NCBI GenBank assembly: GCA_963599285.1
Contig: CAVBYE010000011.1
Location: 13,374-77,373, forward strand
Direction: 5' to 3'
Length of the DNA: 64,000 nt
From: Bacteroidaceae bacterium
GTDB taxonomy: Bacteria; Pseudomonadota; Gammaproteobacteria; Pseudomonadales; Moraxellaceae
Part shown: positions 31,102-40,970 of the stretch, piece by piece
Position numbering within the stretch: the stretch's first letter is position 1
Layout: each line of letters begins with the position of its first letter
Position numbers and translations under genes: made by a program
Notes under the pieces: model-generated
What the model was told of the DNA's origin: nothing
The model's input: only the letters and a program-made list of their open reading frames with translations
Database searches by the model: none

Positions 31102-32517
31102 TTATTCATCATCCTCAACATCAAGGCCAAACTTTTTCAAGCGATAGCGCAACGAACGAAACGACATGCCCAATTTTTTCGCAGCCAAGGTGCGATTCCA
31201 GTGGGTCATATTGAGTGCATCGAGCAAAATTTGTTTTTCAATTTTTTCAAGATGTTGCTCTAGACCTTCTTGAGGGAGTTTCTGTTTCTTGACTGCAGCA
31301 ATATCCAAAGCTGTTTGATCTGTCACGGGCTGTTGTTGCTGCTGTTGTACTGGCTGACGTAGGGTAGAGCTGTGTAAATGTTCGACATCAATGCATGCAC
31401 CATCGCTTAAGGTCAGGGCACGTTCCATCATATTGCGCAGTTCACGGACATTACCGGGAAAGGGCTGCTGTAGTAAAAACTGCTGGGCGGCAGGGGTCAG
31501 TTGTTTGAGCGCTAATTGCCACTCTTGACTCAGTTGATAGATAAAGTGCTGTGCCAACAGAATAATATCTTCACCGCGTTCACGTAGCGGCGGTAAGCTG
31601 ACATCCATGACATGAATGCGAAAGAACAAATCCTGCCGGAATTTACCTTGCTGCACCAAGTGTTCAAGATTTTGATGGGTAGCACTAATGATACGAAAAT
31701 CAACGTCAATTTCTGTATCTGACCCAATTGGGCGAATGCGTTTTTCCTGCACAGCACGCAGTAATTTGACTTGCATATTCAGCGGTAATTCAGCCAGTTC
31801 ATCTAGAAATAAACTGCCCCCATCTGCGGCTTGAATTAAGCCCTGTTTGTCTTGGGTCGCGCCTGTAAAACTGCCCTTTTTATGCCCAAATAGCTCACTT
31901 TCCATTAATTCTGCGGGAATGGCACCGCAGTTAATGGCCACAAAGGGCCCATGACTACGATTACTTAAGCTGTGTACTAAGTTGGCCACCACCTCTTTAC
32001 CGCTTCCGGATTCACCATGAATAAATACAGGGGCTTGGGAGCGGGCAATTTTTTTCAAGGTTTGGCGTAGGTGCTGAATCGCAGGTGAATGACCCAGTAG
32101 CATCTGCTCTTCAATCAGTTGCTGTTTAGGTGCATCAGCCGCTTGGATCGGCTGATCGAGGGCCTGTTCCAGCAATTTCTGTAAATGTTGCTGATTAATG
32201 GGTTTACTGACAAAGTCGAAGGCCCCAGCTTTGAGCGCAGCAATCGCAATTTCAATATGTCCATAGGCACTAATCACAGCAACGGGAACATCTGGATAGT
32301 GTTCGGCAATATGCGCCACCACATCTAAACCACTGCCATCAGGCATATTAAGATCTGTCAGACAGGCATCATAATGTTGCTGACTTAAGCATAGTTTGGC
32401 TTGTTGCACCCCGTGTGCCACATGGCAATCAATCCCCATTCGTGACAAGCTCATTTGCATCAGCAGGCACAAATCTTCTTCATCATCGACGAATAAAACG
32501 AGTGGTTTCAAATCCAC
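31102..32517 (-). CDS. pilR: Sigma-54-dependent response regulator (PilR-type)
   Basis: The protein has a receiver domain (DDEEDL...DLNMPDG), an AAA+ domain with GESGSGKE and the GAFTGA-like GSFTGA, and a C-terminal Fis-type HTH. It is paired with a PilS-like kinase. Confidence 0.85.
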   Translation of the reverse strand: MDLKPLVLFVDDEEDLCLLMQMSLSRMGIDCHVAHGVQQAKLCLSQQHYDACLTDLNMPDGSGLDVVAHIAEHYPDVPVAVISAYGHIEIAIAALKAGAFDFVSKPINQQHLQKLLEQALDQPIQAADAPKQQLIEEQMLLGHSPAIQHLRQTLKKIARSQAPVFIHGESGSGKEVVANLVHSLSNRSHGPFVAINCGAIPAELMESELFGHKKGSFTGATQDKQGLIQAADGGSLFLDELAELPLNMQVKLLRAVQEKRIRPIGSDTEIDVDFRIISATHQNLEHLVQQGKFRQDLFFRIHVMDVSLPPLRERGEDIILLAQHFIYQLSQEWQLALKQLTPAAQQFLLQQPFPGNVRELRNMMERALTLSDGACIDVEHLHSSTLRQPVQQQQQQPVTDQTALDIAAVKKQKLPQEGLEQHLEKIEKQILLDALNMTHWNRTLAAKKLGMSFRSLRYRLKKFGLDVEDDE

Positions 32518-32535
32518 TGTAACACCCCAATTTAA

Positions 32536-34101
32536 TTAATTTCGTGTGAAGCGTAAGCATTCAATACGAAAGCAAGCCCCTTGTTGTTGTTCTACATAGT
32601 AAAGTTTGGCTTGGTTGGCCTCACAAAAACTATGGGATAAATAAAGCCCTAAGCCAGTACCGTTAATTTCGGTACTAAAAAATGGTTTAAAAAGCGAGGC
32701 TATATCAGTCGTTGCTACACCTGAACCGAAGTCTCTGACTTCAATTCGGGCATGATTATGCTGAGTATAGACATGTAATTCAATAGCTTGCTGTTGGTTA
32801 GAATTATGGCGCAACGCATTACGCAGTAAATTAATCAGCACCTGACGTAATTGTGACTCATCAAAATAAATGGCCACCTCTTTTTCAATAAAAGTATCAA
32901 TCTTGCTCAGGGCATCGGCAAGGTCTTCGGTCAGAAACTGTGGAATAAATTGTGCTAAGTCAACCAAACTTGCCCGTGTTTCTTTATTACGCACCATGTT
33001 CAGGGTGTCCTGAACAATTTTATCAATGCGTTTGCTTTGCTTACTGATCATGCCCGTCAGTAGATGATGTTCAGCGGGTAGGCTCTCGGTCAGCAGCTCA
33101 TTGGCTTGGCTAATGGCGGCTAGGGGGTTACGAATTTCATGTGCAATACTGGCCGACAACTGTCCAAGGGCAGCAAGTTTTAATTGTTGTACCCGTTGAT
33201 TGAGTGTGCGCGCATCTTGTAAAACCAAAAGGGTCAGCGATTGGTTGGGGATTTTGAGTTTTTGGACTTGAATTTGTAGTTGATAGAGGCTGTTTTTGGC
33301 TTCAAATTCAAAGATTTCCCCATCAATGAGTCCTTCAAAATGTAAAGTATCAAACAATTCGGGCTGGATGCTATACAGGGGTTGTTTTTGATAGGAAAAA
33401 TTCTGATGAATGGCAAGAAAATGACAGGCTGCAGGTGTGGTCAGCACCACATGATAGTTTTCATCTAACACAATATAACCAATTTCAATTTGGTCTAAAA
33501 TGTAGCTGTTAATCTCTTGCAAGCGGCGCAGTTCTTGGGCTTGACTAAAGTTCGTGCTTTCAAGGTTTTGAAATCGACCGACTGCCAGTTGACCTAAGGC
33601 ATATACCCCAAAAAATAAAAAGGCTAACAGTGCACTGTTGCCAATATTATTCATGGAGGACATGTTAAACAGTGAGCCAATAAAGTGTTGGTAAATGACA
33701 CAAATCACCGAGATGAGGGTGATAACCAGCGACTTTTTGCGCTCAAGCAGCAAAGAGGCACTAAAGATGGTCATCACAAACAACAAGCTAATTTGCAGAC
33801 TTGGGCCATCACTGGCAAAGGTGAGGCTACTTAAAATGACGACATCAACAATAAACAGCGCTAAAAACTGCCGATGAATCGGGAAGTGATGGGTAAAGCG
33901 GAGCAACAGCCATTGCAGGCTCGCACAAATGAAATAGAGTCCCAGTAAAAACAGATAGAAAATCGGATACGAGGAAGCAACAGCATCTACGTATTGGGTA
34001 ATGGTGGTAATCAGCAATAAACTTAAAGCAATAATAAAACGATAGGACGCATACCAACGTCCTAAATTATAGCGAGTAAGTTGAGCCGTGCCGTTGAGCA
34101 T
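32536..34101 (-). CDS. pilS: Sensor histidine kinase (PilS-type)
   Basis: The N-terminus has six TM segments, followed by a PAS-like region, the H-box SASIAHEIRNPL and the G-box GTGLGL. Confidence 0.8.
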   Translation of the reverse strand: MLNGTAQLTRYNLGRWYASYRFIIALSLLLITTITQYVDAVASSYPIFYLFLLGLYFICASLQWLLLRFTHHFPIHRQFLALFIVDVVILSSLTFASDGPSLQISLLFVMTIFSASLLLERKKSLVITLISVICVIYQHFIGSLFNMSSMNNIGNSALLAFLFFGVYALGQLAVGRFQNLESTNFSQAQELRRLQEINSYILDQIEIGYIVLDENYHVVLTTPAACHFLAIHQNFSYQKQPLYSIQPELFDTLHFEGLIDGEIFEFEAKNSLYQLQIQVQKLKIPNQSLTLLVLQDARTLNQRVQQLKLAALGQLSASIAHEIRNPLAAISQANELLTESLPAEHHLLTGMISKQSKRIDKIVQDTLNMVRNKETRASLVDLAQFIPQFLTEDLADALSKIDTFIEKEVAIYFDESQLRQVLINLLRNALRHNSNQQQAIELHVYTQHNHARIEVRDFGSGVATTDIASLFKPFFSTEINGTGLGLYLSHSFCEANQAKLYYVEQQQGACFRIECLRFTRN

Positions 34102-34102
34102 A

Positions 34103-34744
34103 TTAAGGTTTGATCAGGCCATAACGAATGGCCAAATGGGTGAGTTTAACGTCACTGTCCAAGTTGAGCTTTTCAAAAATACGATAACGATATGTATTGA
34201 CTGTTTTTACGCTGACAAAGAGCTTATCTGCAATTTCTTGTGCGCTAATGCAGTTCACGACCATCATCGCCACTTGCATTTCACGTTCTGATAACGCATC
34301 AAAAGGGGATTGCTGGGTATCAGATAAATAAGAACTGGCCAGTTGTTCGGCAATATCGGCACTAAAATATTTACCGCCTTGCATGACTTTTTTAATCGCA
34401 CGTACCATTTCAGAGACAGGTGCGCCTTTGGTGATATAGCCTTTGGCACCTGCTTTGAGTAACAGCGACGGATAAGGTTCTTCAGCGAGTCCACTGACCG
34501 CTAACACTTTGGTGTCAGGTGCAGTTTGTAATAGACGACGTGTGGTTTCAACACCACCAATGCCGGGCATATTCACGTCAAGCAGCACTACATTAGGGTG
34601 ATGTTGACGCACTAAATTAATTGCTTCTTCTCCGGATTCTGCTTGACCAATTACTTGTACATCAATGTGGTCTTCGAGCATTCGGCAAATTCCCGTACGA
34701 ACCAACTCATGATCATCTACGACAAGAACTGTGATCACTGACAT
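34103..34744 (-). CDS. gacA: LuxR/FixJ-family response regulator GacA (UvrY)
   Basis: The N-terminus ITVLVVDDHELVRTGICRMLED... and the C-terminal LuxR HTH (LSEREMQV...ISAQEIADKLFVSVKTVNTYRYRIFEKL) resemble GacA/UvrY. The start was set at ATG 34744. Confidence 0.85.
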   Translation of the reverse strand: MSVITVLVVDDHELVRTGICRMLEDHIDVQVIGQAESGEEAINLVRQHHPNVVLLDVNMPGIGGVETTRRLLQTAPDTKVLAVSGLAEEPYPSLLLKAGAKGYITKGAPVSEMVRAIKKVMQGGKYFSADIAEQLASSYLSDTQQSPFDALSEREMQVAMMVVNCISAQEIADKLFVSVKTVNTYRYRIFEKLNLDSDVKLTHLAIRYGLIKP

Positions 34745-34950
34745 CTCCTCTGAATGTTTTTCATCTTTTTTGTTAAATAACGCAAAAGAAGCTTGCAATG
34801 AAACGACAAAATTAGCAATCCTATCCACATTCAAGACCCATGTGATAGGCATAATGTGACAGTTCGAAACTGTTCGTTTTGTGTATTGCTTAAATGTAAG
34901 GCATATTTGAGGTAATACGCAAATGTATCTTGCCTCCCTACTTTGAGTAA

Positions 34951-36087
34951 GTGACTGTGAAAAAAAATAAAATACCCTTCAAACTTCTCGTTAGTCTGTC
35001 CGTATTGGGCATGAGCTTGCCAAGTTTTGCAGAAGTCATCATGCACTCGGGGGATTCGGGGCAGGCAACCTTGGCATGGTCTTCAGAACAAGCAAATTCA
35101 TTCTTAAATGGAGCTGAACCTTCACCTCAAGGTTCAACCAATGTCACCACAACACTACGTGCAGCCAATACCCCAGCCAAACCCAGTATCACGCCACCCA
35201 CTTCAGTGGTAAGCAGTGCAGCCACGAAAACCACAGTCACCACGTCAGTGCGTAGTGGCAATCCAGACAGTATTTTGACGCTACTTGAGCCGAAAAAAAC
35301 CGTTCAAATTTATGATACCAGTCACTTAAGTAATCAACCTTATGTGAATGCCCGTGCTGCATTGGTCATGGATGCCAACACAGGTGAAGTGCTGTACAGT
35401 AAAAACACCAACGTTGCATTACCGATCGCTTCGGTTACCAAGCTCATGACCTCAGTGGTCATTGCGGATGCACGTTTGAATATGAGTGAGAACATTACTT
35501 TGCTGCCGATAGACTTTGCAGGCGCTGGGGGTAAAAACTCAAGTTCTACCCTACGCGTTGGCGATAAGATGAATCGTGCTGAAGCGTTGTTATTTGCTTT
35601 AATGAAATCTGAAAATCCGGCTGCTGCGGCATTGGCACGCACTTATCCAGGTGGGCAAGCGGCTTTTGTGGCTGCAATGAACAATAAAGCACGTGAGTTG
35701 GGCATGACTGCATCGCGTTTTACCGAAGCAAGCGGGCTTGATCCACGTAATGTTGCATCGGCACGTGATCTTGGTATTTTGGTGACTACGGCATCGCAGT
35801 ATGGCTTAATTCGTCAATTCTCCACCACACCAAGCTATGACTTTAATTTGGGTTATCGGGTGCTACAGTCTAATAACACCAATGGCTTAGTGCGCAACGG
35901 TGGCTGGAATATTAATTTATCCAAAACTGGGTTTATTAATGAAGCAGGGCGCTGTGTGGTGATGCATAGTACCGTGAATAATCGACCGGTTGCGGTTGTC
36001 GTGTTAGGGGCAAGTAATACCACCACACGTAATAATGATGCGACCAATTTAATGGATTGGGCGGGTAAATTACCTAAACGCATTTAA
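34951..36087 (+). CDS. pbpG: D-alanyl-D-alanine endopeptidase/carboxypeptidase (S11, PBP7/8-like) with a long N-terminal extension
   Basis: The motifs SVTK (SxxK), SEN (SxN) and KTG are present. It has a GTG start and a signal peptide. About 100 Ser/Thr/Pro-rich residues precede the catalytic domain. Confidence 0.85.
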   Translation: MTVKKNKIPFKLLVSLSVLGMSLPSFAEVIMHSGDSGQATLAWSSEQANSFLNGAEPSPQGSTNVTTTLRAANTPAKPSITPPTSVVSSAATKTTVTTSVRSGNPDSILTLLEPKKTVQIYDTSHLSNQPYVNARAALVMDANTGEVLYSKNTNVALPIASVTKLMTSVVIADARLNMSENITLLPIDFAGAGGKNSSSTLRVGDKMNRAEALLFALMKSENPAAAALARTYPGGQAAFVAAMNNKARELGMTASRFTEASGLDPRNVASARDLGILVTTASQYGLIRQFSTTPSYDFNLGYRVLQSNNTNGLVRNGGWNINLSKTGFINEAGRCVVMHSTVNNRPVAVVVLGASNTTTRNNDATNLMDWAGKLPKRI

Positions 36088-36092
36088 AACTC

Positions 36093-36124
36093 AAAAAAAA
36101 GCCCTGCATATGCAGGGCTTTTTT
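36093..36124. terminator. Bidirectional rho-independent terminator
   Basis: A8, then GCCCTGCA-TA-TGCAGGGC, then T6. Confidence 0.85.
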
Positions 36125-36139
36125 ATATCATGTTCTAAA

Positions 36140-37279
36140 TTACATGTTATTTAGAATTGAATCGCGTACTTGATCTAAAGTCGCGTCAATAGATAGCATC
36201 ACCGCATCAGAACATTGCTTGATTGCAGTGTCAGGGTCTTTTAGACCATTACCGGTTACGGTACATACAATCACAGAACCTTCAGGGATTTTACCTGATT
36301 TAAGGTCACGGATTGCACCGCCGATAGATGCTGCAGAAGCAGGTTCTACAAACACGCCTTCGTACATTGAAAGTAGACGTTGTGCTTCTAAGATTTCAGC
36401 ATCTTGAAGCTCATCGAACCAACCTTTAGAGTCACGTACTACAGCTTTAGCATGGTTCCAGCTTTGTGGGTTACCAATACGAATCGCTGTTGCAACAGTC
36501 TCGGGGTTTTCAACAGGTGCGCCGCGTAAGAATGGCGCTGCGCCTGAAGCTTGGTAACCCACCATTGTAGGAAGACCTTCTGGTTTTGGACCCGTGAAGG
36601 CATCAGTCGCAGGGTCATAAACCACTTGCTCGAATTCTTCTTTCGGTTGGTTGGCAACTGCTTCGGTATAACCCATCCAGTGTGCTGTGATGTTACCCGC
36701 GTTACCTACTGGTAAGCAGTGGTAATCTGGTGCACGGCCCAATTCATCCACGATTTCGTAAGCAATGGTTTTTTGACCTTGCAAACGGTACGGGTTGATT
36801 GAGTTGACAATCGTGACCGGTGCTTTATCTGCAATTTCTTTAACTAGGCGCATACCATCGTCAAAGTTACCGCGGATTTGCATGGTGATTGCACCATACA
36901 TCATCGCTTGCGCCATTTTACCCATGGCAATTTTGCCTTCAGGGATTAAAACGAACGCTTTCATCCCTGCACGTGCAGCATAAGCCGCAGCTGCAGCAGA
37001 CGTGTTACCTGTAGATGCACAGATAATTGCTTTAGAGCCTTCTTCAGCTGCTTTTGTTACCGCCATGGTCATACCACGGTCTTTAAATGAACCAGTCGGG
37101 TTTAAGCCCTCGTACTTCACATAAATTTCAACATTTTTGCCAATAATGCGCGGAATGTTCGCAAGCTTGATCAGTGGCGTATTACCTTCACCTAGAGAAA
37201 CGGCTGGCGTAGTGGCAGACACTGGTAAACGGTCGCGATAGCGGTCAACTAAACCAGTATAACGATTGGCATTCGACAT
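36140..37279 (-). CDS. thrC: Threonine synthase
   Basis: The PLP-lysine region is GLNPTGSFKDRGMT. The gene lies downstream of hom. Confidence 0.95.
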   Translation of the reverse strand: MSNANRYTGLVDRYRDRLPVSATTPAVSLGEGNTPLIKLANIPRIIGKNVEIYVKYEGLNPTGSFKDRGMTMAVTKAAEEGSKAIICASTGNTSAAAAAYAARAGMKAFVLIPEGKIAMGKMAQAMMYGAITMQIRGNFDDGMRLVKEIADKAPVTIVNSINPYRLQGQKTIAYEIVDELGRAPDYHCLPVGNAGNITAHWMGYTEAVANQPKEEFEQVVYDPATDAFTGPKPEGLPTMVGYQASGAAPFLRGAPVENPETVATAIRIGNPQSWNHAKAVVRDSKGWFDELQDAEILEAQRLLSMYEGVFVEPASAASIGGAIRDLKSGKIPEGSVIVCTVTGNGLKDPDTAIKQCSDAVMLSIDATLDQVRDSILNNM

Positions 37280-37336
37280 GATGATGTTCCAATTGTGTGT
37301 AGAGCTTGGCGAGGGGAAATATTCCCCCCAACCCGA

Positions 37337-38641
37337 TTAATTATCAAGCGATTCTAAACGAATTCGTACAATTTCGCCATGAATGACAGGAAGTGCTTGA
37401 ATTTGTTGAAGGGCTTCATCCATTTTTGATTCTTTAACAGGATCTGTCAGAATCACGATAGGAATAAGGTCTTTTAAGCGTGGTTGCTGCATGATCGCAT
37501 CAATGCTAATGCCCGCACGGCTTAAAATCGAGGTGACATCTGCAAGTACGCCAGTTTGATCTTCAGCGTTAATACGGATGTAGTAACCTGTGGTCATTTC
37601 TTCGCGTGGCAAAATGTGTAAGTCGCTTAAGCTTTCAAAAGCAAGCTGTGGAATGGTACCTGCGCCATCTTCTGTATACGAGATGTCACGTACAATATCC
37701 ACCACGTCAGCAACCACTGCTGAAGCTGTTGGGCCTGCACCTGCACCTGCGCCATAGTAAAGCGTTGGGCCAACGGCATTGGCTTGTACAAGCACTGCGT
37801 TTTTCACGCCATTTACATTGGCAATCAGTTGTTCTTCAGGAATTAAGGTCGGGTGAACACGTAGCTCAATGCCAGTTTCGGCACGGCGTGCAATACCCAA
37901 GTGCTTAATACGGAAGCCAAGATCTTCAGCATATTTGACATCTTGTGCAGTCACTTTGCTAATGCCTTCAGTGAAGACTTTGTCAAATTGCAATGGAATA
38001 CCAAATGCAATTGAAGCAAGTAAAGTCAGCTTATGCGCAGCATCAATACCTTCTACGTCAAAAGTAGGATCGGCTTCGGCATAACCTAAAGCTTGTGCTT
38101 CAGCCAACACATCTTCAAAGGCACGGCCTTTTTCACGCATTTCAGTCAGGATAAAGTTACCTGTACCGTTGATGATACCTGCAAGCCAATCAATCTTGTT
38201 GGCAGCCAAACCTTCACGCATCACTTTAATAATGGGAATACCGCCAGCCACTGCTGCTTCATAGGCAATTTGCACGTGGTTGTCATCAGCGAGTTTAAAT
38301 AATTCGTTACCATGTTCAGCAAGTAGTGCTTTGTTGGCAGTCACGACTTGTTTGCCATGCAAAATGGCTTCTTTAATCACTTCGTATGCAGGATGAATAC
38401 CACCCATCACTTCAACCACAACGTCAACGTCAGGTTGACGCACGATGTCGAGTAGATCTGCGCTTTGTTGTACTGAATCTGCAAGATCTAAGTCTGGACG
38501 AGGGCGACGTGTACCGACATGGGTAATTTGAATTTCACGACCGGTGCGACGTCTAATCTCAGCAGCATTTTCTTGTAATAGTTTAAGGGCACCACCACCC
38601 ACAGTACCTAGACCGAGGATTGCCAGACGAACTGGTTTCAC
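37337..38641 (-). CDS. hom: Homoserine dehydrogenase
   Basis: The protein has the NAD-binding motif LGLGTVGGG and a C-terminal ACT domain. GTG 38641 is preferred because GGAG lies 7 nt upstream. The alternative start is ATG 38659. Confidence 0.9.
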   Translation of the reverse strand: MKPVRLAILGLGTVGGGALKLLQENAAEIRRRTGREIQITHVGTRRPRPDLDLADSVQQSADLLDIVRQPDVDVVVEVMGGIHPAYEVIKEAILHGKQVVTANKALLAEHGNELFKLADDNHVQIAYEAAVAGGIPIIKVMREGLAANKIDWLAGIINGTGNFILTEMREKGRAFEDVLAEAQALGYAEADPTFDVEGIDAAHKLTLLASIAFGIPLQFDKVFTEGISKVTAQDVKYAEDLGFRIKHLGIARRAETGIELRVHPTLIPEEQLIANVNGVKNAVLVQANAVGPTLYYGAGAGAGPTASAVVADVVDIVRDISYTEDGAGTIPQLAFESLSDLHILPREEMTTGYYIRINAEDQTGVLADVTSILSRAGISIDAIMQQPRLKDLIPIVILTDPVKESKMDEALQQIQALPVIHGEIVRIRLESLDN

Positions 38642-38688
38642 GTCACACTCCATATTCATTTGTTTTAAACCGAAGCTAGATCATAGCT

Positions 38689-38717
38689 AAAAAAAACAGG
38701 ATACTCTAGCATCCTGT
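38689..38717 (-). terminator. Rho-independent terminator of dsbC
   Basis: On the minus strand the stem ACAGGAT/ATCCTGT is followed by T8. Confidence 0.75.
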
Positions 38718-38763
38718 GAATTTTATCTACATCTATAAAAAACAGTAATTTATCTCATAAGAT

Positions 38764-39567
38764 TTATTTATCTAAGCGTTTCATCAGTTCTTCTGCGCTC
38801 AGATAACCACCTAGATAATTGCCTTCGCTATCATAGATTGCCGGTGTGCCATTGACGCCCATACTGAGTCCCAACTGGTACTGTGCAGCGACTGGATTGG
38901 TGCAATTGGCTGGGGCTAAAGTTTCTCCACGAATGGCACGGTCAAAGGCGCTACGGCGGTCGGCACTACACCACACGCTTTGCATGGCTGGCATAAACTG
39001 ATCGCCACGTGGCCATGCGATGTAACGCACTTCGACGCCCTGTGCATTGATTTGGTTCATCTGCTCATGCAATTTATGACAATATGGACAGCTAATGTCG
39101 GTAAAGACATAAATGACATGCTTGGTTTTTCCCTTGGCAGGATACACAATTAAGTCATCTGTTTTTAATGCAGCAAGTTGTTTTTTATTGCTTTGTGCTT
39201 GTAAAGACTCACCAACGTTATGCAGCGTTTTGTCGCCAAGACGAATTAAGTCACCTTGGAAAATGTATTGACCATCATGACTGACATAAACCGCACCCAT
39301 ACCATCTAAATTGGCCCAAAACACATTAGGGACTTCTGTGGCTTTGAGCTCTAGAATTTTGCTGTTGATCCCCGCAGTTTTAAAATGCTGTTCTAGCGTT
39401 TGAATAAGACGTTGCTCAGTATTACGCTCGATAAGATTTGACGCTTCACCTGTGGCTGGTGTGCTGGCTGTTAAAGTGGTTTGTTGATTTTCTGTATTAG
39501 AATTTGAACATGCGCTAAGCATGAGTGCACATGCAAAGACAAGTTTGGCACGGGTAAAAGACATCAT
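38764..39567 (-). CDS. dsbC: Thiol:disulfide interchange protein DsbC family, with a lipoprotein-type signal
   Basis: The protein has a thioredoxin-fold CPYC active site and a DsbC-like N-terminal dimerisation region. The N-terminus ends ...ALMLSAC (lipobox). The start was set at ATG 39567. Confidence 0.85.
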   Translation of the reverse strand: MMSFTRAKLVFACALMLSACSNSNTENQQTTLTASTPATGEASNLIERNTEQRLIQTLEQHFKTAGINSKILELKATEVPNVFWANLDGMGAVYVSHDGQYIFQGDLIRLGDKTLHNVGESLQAQSNKKQLAALKTDDLIVYPAKGKTKHVIYVFTDISCPYCHKLHEQMNQINAQGVEVRYIAWPRGDQFMPAMQSVWCSADRRSAFDRAIRGETLAPANCTNPVAAQYQLGLSMGVNGTPAIYDSEGNYLGGYLSAEELMKRLDK

Positions 39568-39672
39568 TAACCCTATAAAATGATGAAGAACAAGAGCGCA
39601 TAGCATAACAAAAAACCCAAGCACGCCGAAAAAATGTTGCGTTAATGCTTGGGCTTGACAGCATTTGAAGAT

Positions 39673-40590
39673 TTAAGCACGTGGATGATAACTGGCATGC
39701 AGCTGTTGTAAGCGGATTTGTGCCACATGGGTATAAATTTGCGTGGTGGATAAATCACTATGTCCAAGCAACATTTGCACGACACGCAGGTCTGCACCGT
39801 GATTGAGTAAATGCGTGGCAAAGGCGTGTCTTAAGGTATGCGGAGAAAGTTCAGCTTGAATCCCTGCTTGTAGGGCATAGCGCTTAATGGCGTACCAAAA
39901 ATTCTGTCGGCTCATAATGCCGCCATGTTGGGTGAGGAACAGATAATCTGTATTGGTTTTATACAGTTGGCTGCGGGCCTCATTCAGATACCGTTCGACC
40001 CACTGACAGGCCTGTTGCCCTAAAGGCACGAGGCGTTCTTTATTGCCTTTACCTAAGACGCGTAAATAGCCTTGATTTAAGTTAATCAGCTCTAAGCGTA
40101 GGTTGAGTAATTCAGAGACACGTAAACCTGAAGCATACAGTACCTCAAGCATGGCCCGATCACGTAGCCCTAAAGCGGTATCGGTATTGGGGGCTTGAAT
40201 CAGGGCATCGACATCTTGTTCAGATAAATCTTTGGGCAAACTGCGGCCGACTTTGGGGGTTTTATGTAAGGCCACTGGATTGTCGGTACGCAGTTTTTGT
40301 TCACGTAAAAATTTAAAAAAAGAGCGTAATGCGGACAGGGCGCGGGCAATGGAGCGCGGGCTTTTGCCTTGTTGAGTCAAATTTAACAACACGGCAGCAA
40401 TATCTTCACTGTGCCATTCGGGCATGGGGGTTTGATTTTGCTCTGCCAATTGAATTAAATCAGACAAATAGGCATTACGTGTGTGCGGACTGACGGTCTG
40501 TGCAATCAAATTGTCACGAAAACCCTGTAAAAATGAAAGGTTTGTTGGAATATGCACAGGGGCTGGAATTCGAGGTTTTTTATTTAGCAT
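39673..40590 (-). CDS. xerD: Site-specific tyrosine recombinase XerD
   Basis: The C-terminus is HTLRHAFATHLLNHGADLRVVQMLLGHSDLSTTQIYTHV. The xerD-dsbC-hom-thrC synteny matches that in pseudomonads. Confidence 0.9.
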   Translation of the reverse strand: MLNKKPRIPAPVHIPTNLSFLQGFRDNLIAQTVSPHTRNAYLSDLIQLAEQNQTPMPEWHSEDIAAVLLNLTQQGKSPRSIARALSALRSFFKFLREQKLRTDNPVALHKTPKVGRSLPKDLSEQDVDALIQAPNTDTALGLRDRAMLEVLYASGLRVSELLNLRLELINLNQGYLRVLGKGNKERLVPLGQQACQWVERYLNEARSQLYKTNTDYLFLTQHGGIMSRQNFWYAIKRYALQAGIQAELSPHTLRHAFATHLLNHGADLRVVQMLLGHSDLSTTQIYTHVAQIRLQQLHASYHPRA

Positions 40591-40661
40591 GGGATTTCAA
40601 CTCTATCAAAGCCAAAGTGAGGCTGCACAGTCAGGTTCAAATGAGGCGCTGTCGCTTATTT

Positions 40662-40680
40662 GGTAATTATTCTCATTTGT
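40662..40680 (+). promoter_or_regulatory. Candidate Fur box overlapping the feoA promoter
   Basis: GGTAATTATTCTCATTTGT matches 12 of 19 positions of GATAATGATAATCATTATC. It lies between a putative -35 (TTGGTA, 40660) and -10 (TATACT, 40684). Confidence 0.45.
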
Positions 40681-40715
40681 TTGTATACTGTACAAAAGGT
40701 ATTTAGGACTCAACG

Positions 40716-40970
40716 GTGCGTTTGTCAGATTTAAAAGTGAAGCAAAGCGCCATCATTAGCAAGGTACATACTACCTCAGATGGCCACGCTCAAGGCGATA
40801 TTGTCGCAAGTCGTTTAGAGACTTTGGGATTTGTAGCAGGGACCAAAGTACAGGTCATTACCAAAGGTATTTTTGGGGGTGATCCAATTTTGATCCAAAT
40901 CGGATTTACGCGCTTTGCATTGCGTAAGGCAGAAGCACAAAAAGTAGAAATTGAAGGAGTTACTGCATGA
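40716..40970 (+). CDS. feoA: Ferrous iron transport protein A
   Basis: The 84-aa protein has an SH3-like FeoA domain. It has a GTG start and overlaps feoB by 4 nt. Confidence 0.85.
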   Translation: MRLSDLKVKQSAIISKVHTTSDGHAQGDIVASRLETLGFVAGTKVQVITKGIFGGDPILIQIGFTRFALRKAEAQKVEIEGVTA

